From a virus (Duplodnaviria > Heunggongvirae > Uroviricota > Caudoviricetes), in the IMG/VR virus record IMGVR_UViG_3300035696_000002: DNA of 64,000 nt; one strand, given 5' to 3'. Made by a program: the position numbers and the translations under genes. This document shows positions 27,209 to 32,937 of this stretch, in pieces. Below the pieces are notes generated by a model. It was not told the DNA's origin. It made no database searches and worked only from the letters and a program-made list of their open reading frames with translations. Numbering within the stretch: the first letter of the stretch is position 1; every line of letters starts with the position of its first letter.

Positions 27209-27298
27209 CGGGATGTAGACGGGTAAATGGAAGCCCCCGTGCTTTGGATGCACGTACCCTTAGTGGTCTTGGGAGTTCGAGTCTCCCCATCCCGACCA
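27209..27298 (+). tRNA. atypical tRNA-Pro(TGG) with long variable arm
   Basis: CGGGATG/CATCCCG (C1:G72, A73), CGTGC-TTTGGAT-GCACG, 16-nt variable region, T-arm, CCA; extended TAGAC connector. Confidence 0.8.
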
Positions 27299-27322
27299 AA
27301 TTTTTTAGATTCAACGATTTAA

Positions 27323-27415
27323 CGGTGTGTAGAACGGTAACTTGGTAGCCGTCCAGCTTCGGATGCTGGTGCCCGAATAGTGGCCCTGTAGGTTCGAATC
27401 CTATCACGCCGACCA
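27323..27415 (+). tRNA. atypical tRNA-Pro(CGG) with long variable arm
   Basis: CGGTGTG/CACGCCG, CCAGC-TTCGGAT-GCTGG, 18-nt variable region, T-arm, CCA; TAGA connector. Confidence 0.8.
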
Positions 27416-27830
27416 TTGGAGTGTTCGCACGGAGAGTGGCCAACAGCCTGAACACGTGACCCGAAAAGCGGGGCAACCCGGATACGGGCATAAAGCTCTC
27501 CAACGAAATGATGCGGGGTTCGCCGGACGTACCCGGCGACGCAAGCGGGTGGTTACATCCGGCCCCCTAGCGAGTCAGTGGTGGAGCGGTCGCTCTTGGT
27601 CGCCGGGTGTCCGGCTGAGTGGCCGTGCTTAAGTGCCGAGGAGTGGTTGACCGACCGACACCGGATACCGCTCGACAGGTCGCCCGTAATTTGCTGAGGT
27701 AGATGCTTTGTGGTCATGCTGCCTGAGGAGCCCCGATTGCCATGGCAATCGGCAAGCACAAGGGGTGCCCCTGACAAAAGCGTCGGATGGAAGATCAGCC
27801 GCCATCGTGGCCATGAGGCTGGAAATTTTA
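27416..27830 (+). ncRNA. candidate large structured RNA (about 410 nt)
   Basis: No credible + strand ORF; multiple long-range stems; 20-bp perfect palindrome; bounded by tRNAs. Confidence 0.45.
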
Positions 27831-27831
27831 A

Positions 27832-27906
27832 CGGCGTGTAGCTCAGAGGAAGAGTTCTCGTCTGGGGGACGAGGGGTCGGGATTTCGAAATTCCCCACGC
27901 CGACCA
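27832..27906 (+). tRNA. tRNA-Pro(GGG)
   Basis: CGGCGTG/CACGCCG, CTCGT-CTGGGGG-ACGAG, CCA; T-arm deviant (GGGAT-TTCGAAA-TTCCC). Confidence 0.85.
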
Positions 27907-27910
27907 TTTT

Positions 27911-28129
27911 ATGGAGAACGCATTACAACTCGCGGACTGGTTCCACATTCGATGCTCAAGCAAAAAGAGTGGACATCCGGTGTTCGTGGCAGCCTTGAAG
28001 CAGTGGCAATGCACACGCTGCAAGTCAGCATGGAACTGTGATGAAGACCAGTTTCTCGTGTATCTCCAGCGTACTGTTTTTGAGGTTCGAAAAGATGAAG
28101 ATGATCCGCTGGTTCCGGGGCCTGTTTAG
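27911..28129 (+). CDS. small Cys-containing hypothetical protein
   Basis: 72 aa with CTRC...C, inside the tRNA array. Confidence 0.45.
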   Translation: MENALQLADWFHIRCSSKKSGHPVFVAALKQWQCTRCKSAWNCDEDQFLVYLQRTVFEVRKDEDDPLVPGPV

Positions 28130-28161
28130 CAAATATCGGCCCGTAGGGAAATTTTAAGTTT

Positions 28162-28238
28162 CAGGATGTAGCTCAGCTTGGTAGAGTCCTCGCCTCGGAT
28201 GCGAGTGGTCGCAGGTTCAAATCCTGCCATCCTGACCA
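28162..28238 (+). tRNA. tRNA-Pro(CGG), canonical
   Basis: CAGGATG/CATCCTG, CTCGC-CTCGGAT-GCGAG, CCA. Confidence 0.95.
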
Positions 28239-28249
28239 AGACCGAAGAA

Positions 28250-28309
28250 GGCGTATGAATGCTGGGGCGGTGTGGCCACACGTGAGTTCAATGCTCACTT
28301 CATACGCCA
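28250..28309 (+). ncRNA. mini tRNA-like RNA (acceptor-like stem plus T-arm only)
   Basis: GGCGTATGAA/TTCATACGCC 10 bp stacked on GTGAG-TTCAATG-CTCAC. Confidence 0.55.
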
Positions 28310-28323
28310 TCGGAATTTCGCAG

Positions 28324-28396
28324 GTGACTGTAGCTCAGGGGTAGAGCACCGGGGTTGGCCCGGAGTGCGGCGGTTCGAGTCCGTCCAGCCAGACCA
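28324..28396 (+). pseudogene. degenerate tRNA-Pro(TGG)-like gene with 5-nt anticodon loop
   Basis: D-arm, T-arm and CCA intact; CCGGG-GTTGG-CCCGG; two acceptor mismatches. Confidence 0.6.
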
Positions 28397-28507
28397 TGTG
28401 ACGAGGGGAACGATAGACCGGGCAGCAGGCATGCTCTCCGGGAACATCGTGAAATCCGTGATGCCTCCCTGCGATAGTTTTTTGATTTTGTGAGTATTAG
28501 ATAGATG

Positions 28508-28580
28508 TCACGCCGGACTCGGGGTAGACCAACGGCTCCCGACTCTGCTGTTTCCGTTGGGCAGGGAACCTCCGGCGTGA
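28508..28580 (+). ncRNA. three-way-junction RNA with complementary loops
   Basis: TCACGCCGGA/TCCGGCGTGA; two inner hairpins with loop segments CCAACGG and CCGTTGG. Confidence 0.6.
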
Positions 28581-28584
28581 TTTT

Positions 28585-28661
28585 GCCAGCGTAGCATAGT
28601 GGCCTAGTGCAGTCGCCTCATAAGCGAAAGATCGGTGGTTCGAATCCACCCGCTGGTACCA
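28585..28661 (+). tRNA. tRNA(CAT), elongator Met or Ile2
   Basis: GCCAGCG/CGCTGGT, GTCGC-CTCATAA-GCGAA, CCA. Confidence 0.9.
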
Positions 28662-28940
28662 ATTCTGTGATAGGATGGAACCGATGAAGCCGCTTCCAAT
28701 TGATCCGCCGAAACCGACAAAAAGGCACCCGAAATTTCCGTGGTAATCGAAGTTCCAGATTGTGCCAACTGTGGTGGGCCGTGCGAATGCGACGGCGAAG
28801 GTTTTAGAATTTGCTCCCGGTGTGGTTTCTTGGGAGATTGTTTGCACTGCGAATTCAACGAGGAGGATGAACGAATGGCTACTAACCCTAGCAAGACCGC
28901 ACATACCGCATAAGGTGTGAGCGGTCGGGGAGCGAAAGCC

Positions 28941-29231
28941 ATGTCTCATCCTACGTCGCGTGCCGAACGTCGGCACCAACGTGATCGTGTTATTGCCCGC
29001 CGCCGAAAGGTTGCGGAAACTGAGTGGGGCTACAACAACGGCGACTGGATCGCACGCGGTTGGGAACCATTCGTAAACTGGGGCGTATACGCCAAGTGGA
29101 ACGGTGGGTGCGGTTCATCCATGTGTCACGCGGCGAAGTACTTCAAGATCGCCCACAAACGCCGAGAGGCCCTGCACAATTCAGAATCGCAGGCGGAATT
29201 TCGGCGACGCAATAAAGTTGCATATCACTGA
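28941..29231 (+). CDS. basic hypothetical protein
   Basis: SD GGGGAG; SRAERRHQRDR...; 96 aa. Confidence 0.65.
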   Translation: MSHPTSRAERRHQRDRVIARRRKVAETEWGYNNGDWIARGWEPFVNWGVYAKWNGGCGSSMCHAAKYFKIAHKRREALHNSESQAEFRRRNKVAYH

Positions 29232-29354
29232 TCTTTCAGTATTATTTATAGGGCCTAAGATGGCCCGAGATATTGCAAGGCCGCAGGGTAGCAGCGTATC
29301 GGGAAGTCACAGCCAAGATTGCATCGGTTAAGTGCCCGCCCTGCGGAGTAAGTT

Positions 29355-29547
29355 TTTAGCCCAGTGGCCCGTGATTCAACTGGTTCTGTGTCGGAGTAAT
29401 GTGAGCCGACGCCATCCCCAGTATAAAAAACGCAGCAGCGGGGGGCAGGTACCGTAAGGCCTGCTGGAGGCATTCACGCAAAGGTGCTCGTCAACCTGTG
29501 ATCGCCGTATCGGGATACGCAGCATAACCGGAATGTGCTGGGCTAAA
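29355..29547 (+). ncRNA. unassigned multibranch RNA (about 190 nt)
   Basis: TTTAGCCCAGT/GCTGGGCTAAA 11-bp closing stem with several internal hairpins; flanked by AAGTTT spacers. Confidence 0.55.
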
Positions 29548-29558
29548 GTTTTCAATGA

Positions 29559-29635
<77 letters not shown>

Positions 29636-29640
29636 AGTTT

Positions 29641-29711
29641 GCCGGGGTGGGCTGTTCGCTTTGGCGGGCAGTTTATAAAGCTGTGGGGGTCAGCCCAGCG
29701 GTCACTCCGGC
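29641..29711 (+). ncRNA. tRNA-sized structured RNA without T-loop
   Basis: GCCGGGGTG/CACTCCGGC, GGGCTG/CAGCCC and two inner hairpins. Confidence 0.45.
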
Positions 29712-29718
29712 TACGATT

Positions 29719-29800
29719 TGCGGGCGAGTGGATGGGATACATAGACCATACAACGCTCATAACGTTGTGATTGCGGGTTCGACTCCCGCGTCCGCACCCA
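29719..29800 (+). tRNA. atypical tRNA(CAT) with C73 and 14-nt D-loop
   Basis: TGCGGGC/GTCCGCA, discriminator C, CCA; CAACG-CTCATAA-CGTTG; GCGGG-TTCGACT-CCCGC. Confidence 0.75.
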
Positions 29801-30076
29801 TTTCGGCCCTAGCTAGGTACGTGCCCGGAGCGGCAATTGATGCCAGCCTCAGGAGAATTACAGTCGTTTATCAATCGGCAGGGCCGAACGAGTGGTAGAT
29901 TCGTGTGAGACGGTGAGCTAGGCACCCTGTACGTTGGGGGTATACAGTGCCGGGTTGGGTTCGATTCCCAACTGCGATAGACGAGCAACGCGAGTCCAGT
30001 TAGGCGATCACGGGTAAAACTGCCTCGATAAGAGCGGAAGTCGGGTTACACAAACTCCCACTCGTGATCGGCCTAA

Positions 30077-30580
30077 CACCTAGATGTTGCCGCGTAATAG
30101 CGGCTGTGATGAGCAAGTCCCGACAAGGTCTCGACTTTGTGTCTGAGCGGAGTTGAGAAAAGCGGGAGCCGCGAAAGCGTTGAACTTGTGGAGTCACTTC
30201 TCAGACCGCTTTTTGAAAGATTGCAGCGGCAGGGTTGGCTAGTACGGAGAAGGCGTTCCCGCTCGCGGTCACACGCGATCAAAAGGTACGCGATACACCT
30301 TCTTCGCTCCCGTCATCCGGGAAAAGGCTAAGGCGTGGTGATTTCCCACGCACGTCGGTATGGAACGCCCTGTGGTAAGAGGAACCTTCTCCTCGGAAAA
30401 GGCAAGGATGATTCGCCGCTGCATATTTCTCGGGTCACTCCGAGTGGGGTGAGCGTCACCCAGTTTCCTGCATCTGTAAAATGTAGGTGGTGCGTCGCAA
30501 ACGAGCGGAAAACTATGAACTGCATTAGCTACAATCTCGACCTGTTTACCAGCCGCGAAAGCGGCCTGTAATACGTGTGT
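30077..30580 (+). ncRNA. candidate large ornate RNA (about 500 nt)
   Basis: Pseudoknot, long-range 8-9 bp stems, GAAA tetraloops, no credible ORF; directly upstream of tRNA-Phe. Confidence 0.55.
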
Positions 30581-30582
30581 TC

Positions 30583-30658
30583 GGGGGTGTAGCTGATGTG
30601 GTCTTAGCGGCGGCTTGAAAACCCGCAGATGGGAGTTCGATTCTCCCCGCCCCCACCA
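30583..30658 (+). tRNA. tRNA-Phe(GAA)
   Basis: GGGGGTG/CGCCCCC, GCGGC-TTGAAAA-CCCGC (one C:C mismatch), CCA. Confidence 0.88.
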
Positions 30659-30661
30659 TTT

Positions 30662-30737
30662 GGTGGGGTAGCTCCAATGGTAGAGCGGGGGCCTGAAAAG
30701 CCCCGCGTTGCGGGTTCGAGTCCCGCCCCCACCACCA
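30662..30737 (+). tRNA. tRNA-Phe(GAA)
   Basis: GGTGGGG/CCCCACC, GGGGC-CTGAAAA-GCCCC, CCA. Confidence 0.95.
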
Positions 30738-30748
30738 TTCCTTCCTGT

Positions 30749-30777
30749 TCGACAAATCCCCAAAAATCCAGTATTAT
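30749..30777 (+). promoter_or_regulatory. sigma70-like promoter
   Basis: TCGACA-17 nt-TATTAT. Confidence 0.65.
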
Positions 30778-30885
30778 TATCGCAGGAACATTCGGCCCGG
30801 TGCCGAGTGTAACCGATCTGTAAAGCAGGGCAGGGACGAGACCTTCGATCCGCTGGCTTGTATCTCAACCAAGGATACAAGTCCA

Positions 30886-31338
30886 ATGCCTCGAAAGAAG
30901 TATCAGCGTCCCGCAGAAGTCCCATTCACCGGGCTCAAAGCAGCCCCAGACTCCGAATTCTCCACAACCTTCGCACAGGGCATGGCGAACCGCATGGCGG
31001 TCAGCTACCACAAATACGGCCCAGTCGCCGAAGCTTACCCCAAGAAAGTTGACGCCATCGAATCCCTCAAGACTCGCCTCGACCTTTACATGAACGGCGG
31101 GGTGTTAAAGGGTGCTAAAATAGAATCGGGTAACACCGAGTACCTGATGGACGTTGCCAATTTCGCCATGATCGAGTTCATGCACCCGAAACATCCGAAG
31201 GCTTACTTCAAGGCGACGGATAGTAGCGGCTCGCCGGGCCGCAACTGGAACGACGGTCAGGTGACCGAAGCCGCCCATGGTGAGCAGCAAATGCAGGATC
31301 AGGTCGCGGCGTTTTATGCGAAACGAGGAGCAGAATGA
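30886..31338 (+). CDS. MazG-like all-alpha NTP pyrophosphatase-fold protein
   Basis: SYHKYG...GNTEYLMDVANFAMIEF motif; tentative. Confidence 0.6.
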   Translation: MPRKKYQRPAEVPFTGLKAAPDSEFSTTFAQGMANRMAVSYHKYGPVAEAYPKKVDAIESLKTRLDLYMNGGVLKGAKIESGNTEYLMDVANFAMIEFMHPKHPKAYFKATDSSGSPGRNWNDGQVTEAAHGEQQMQDQVAAFYAKRGAE

Positions 31339-31922
31339 AACGCTCCCCGGAAGATACCCAGAAGATCATCTTCTCCATGGCCGACTGTTTCGTCTCGGGC
31401 CGGAAGGCGATCTATTGCAGCAGCGAACTGACCACAGGCGTCCGGCTCTACACGGCCATCCTGAACAACGGCTGCACTGATCGTCACCAGCTTCGGGACA
31501 AGATGGGAACGGAATGGCTCCGTGACAACGTCTTCGTTCACAACGAAACAGCAGCGAATACTTTCGCGGCCAGCGTGCAGGAGCGGCAGAAGCACACAAC
31601 GATCTCCCCGGCCTGCCTGTTCGTCCCGGAGTGGGGACAGCACGACTATCTATCGTTCTGGGAATCGCTCATCAAGACGCGGATTTGTGAGGTCTGGTTC
31701 AACGAGAACTGGCAGTACAGCAACGGCTGCACGTTTGAGTACATGGCCGCGACGGCGGCGGGCATCCCGACCCTCGACAAGGACGGGGGGCCGCTTGAGG
31801 CTGTAGAAGCACGGGATTTGATCCAGCGGGCAATTGCCGAGTTGGACACAAAGGGAATCGACACCAGCAAGCTGAGGGAGCACCGTTCGGGGATTACTTC
31901 GGCGGTTCGACCAAGTCGCTAA
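31335..31922 (+). CDS. DUF4406/deoxyribosyltransferase-like protein
   Basis: AIYCSSEL, ISPA, W...Y, NWQYSNGCTFEY...GIP. Confidence 0.6.
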   Translation: MKRSPEDTQKIIFSMADCFVSGRKAIYCSSELTTGVRLYTAILNNGCTDRHQLRDKMGTEWLRDNVFVHNETAANTFAASVQERQKHTTISPACLFVPEWGQHDYLSFWESLIKTRICEVWFNENWQYSNGCTFEYMAATAAGIPTLDKDGGPLEAVEARDLIQRAIAELDTKGIDTSKLREHRSGITSAVRPSR

Positions 31923-32166
31923 CTGGTTTCAATTTTGCCTTAATTTCTGCCTGAATTTGGTCGTCGATCTGCTTAAGAACGACGGCCTTTTCTTCAGCCG
32001 TAAGCGGTCGGCCAGCCTTCATGCTTGCCTGAAACGTGGCCTTGAAACCCAGCCAGAAACAGTGTCTCCACCACTCCCAAAGTTTCTTGAGGGGCCAGAG
32101 CAGAATGGCGGACACGCCCACCCATAGGACGTGTTTCAGTGTCGGTAGTGCCAGTAAAAGAGTCAT
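31894..32166 (-). CDS. small membrane protein
   Basis: N-terminal hydrophobic, Trp-rich helix; lone minus-strand ORF filling the gap. Confidence 0.55.
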   Translation of the reverse strand: MTLLLALPTLKHVLWVGVSAILLWPLKKLWEWWRHCFWLGFKATFQASMKAGRPLTAEEKAVVLKQIDDQIQAEIKAKLKPVSDLVEPPK

Positions 32167-32217
32167 ACACTATAGAGCCGGAAATTCCATTCACAGCCAA
32201 AATAGGGTATTAAGCAG

Positions 32218-32937
32218 ATGGGGGACTCTATCTGCATGCCTGAGCAGGACAACGCACCAGAAGCCGTAGAACTTGATTGGGACAAGGAAAGCTTAGCACA
32301 GATTGACCGGGTCGGAGCGAGACGCGGCATCAATCCCCGCCGCAGGGAACGCATCGAAGAAGACATCCGTTTTGACGATCTCCTCGGGGAAGTGCTGGGG
32401 CAGGGACGGCTGGGAGAATTTATCAACTGCCCGTTCCATGGTTCTGATGCAACACCATCCTTCCGCATCTACATCGACCACGGATTTTGTTTTGGCTGCC
32501 CACCGAAGAAGCAATACTACGATCACGTCCGGTTCGTCAAAGAGTATCAGGGCGTCTCGTGGATTCAAGCCCTGATCTGGATTGAGAATAAATACGGCCT
32601 TGATCCGCTCCCCAATGTTGACTACGAGGAAGACGAGGCTGAGGAGCGGGATTACGAAGAGGTCTCCATCACATTTGAAGAACTGCGGCTACTTTTCCTT
32701 GAGAAGGCGTATTCCGAAGTTTCCAAGTCCAAGGACTGGGAACTCGCCCAAGAATACCAAATCATCTATTTTGACAGTATTGGTCTGATGGACGCCGCAA
32801 AAGAGTGGAAGAAAACCGACCCCGACGAAGCCACAAAGATGGCGATGAGTGCGAAAAAGAATCTCGCCGTCGTAGTTGGCCAAGCCGAAATTGACAAGCT
32901 CCTCTCACGAAAGTTAGAGGGGGAGAACGCACAGTGA
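32218..32937 (+). CDS. CHC2 zinc-finger protein (DnaG-type Zn-binding domain, no TOPRIM)
   Basis: CPFH...TPSF...CFGC...FVKEYQGVSWIQAL, followed by an acidic helical tail. Confidence 0.85.
   Translation: MGDSICMPEQDNAPEAVELDWDKESLAQIDRVGARRGINPRRRERIEEDIRFDDLLGEVLGQGRLGEFINCPFHGSDATPSFRIYIDHGFCFGCPPKKQYYDHVRFVKEYQGVSWIQALIWIENKYGLDPLPNVDYEEDEAEERDYEEVSITFEELRLLFLEKAYSEVSKSKDWELAQEYQIIYFDSIGLMDAAKEWKKTDPDEATKMAMSAKKNLAVVVGQAEIDKLLSRKLEGENAQ

Noticed and set aside
29355-29547. 6S RNA by size
   Set aside because: The fold by eye is multibranched, not a rod with a central bubble.
30108-30124. GAGCAAGTCC resembles RNase P RNA CR-I (GAGGAAAGTCC)
   Set aside because: No matching 3' P4 strand (A..CGGCTTA-type CR-V) was seen; left for an Infernal search.
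30497-30571. GTC-GCAAACGA looks like a tmRNA resume point with tag ANERKT...
   Set aside because: The frame ends ...RESGL rather than an Ala-rich degron, and no Ala-type acceptor (G3:U70) with T-arm and CCA was found in standard or permuted order.
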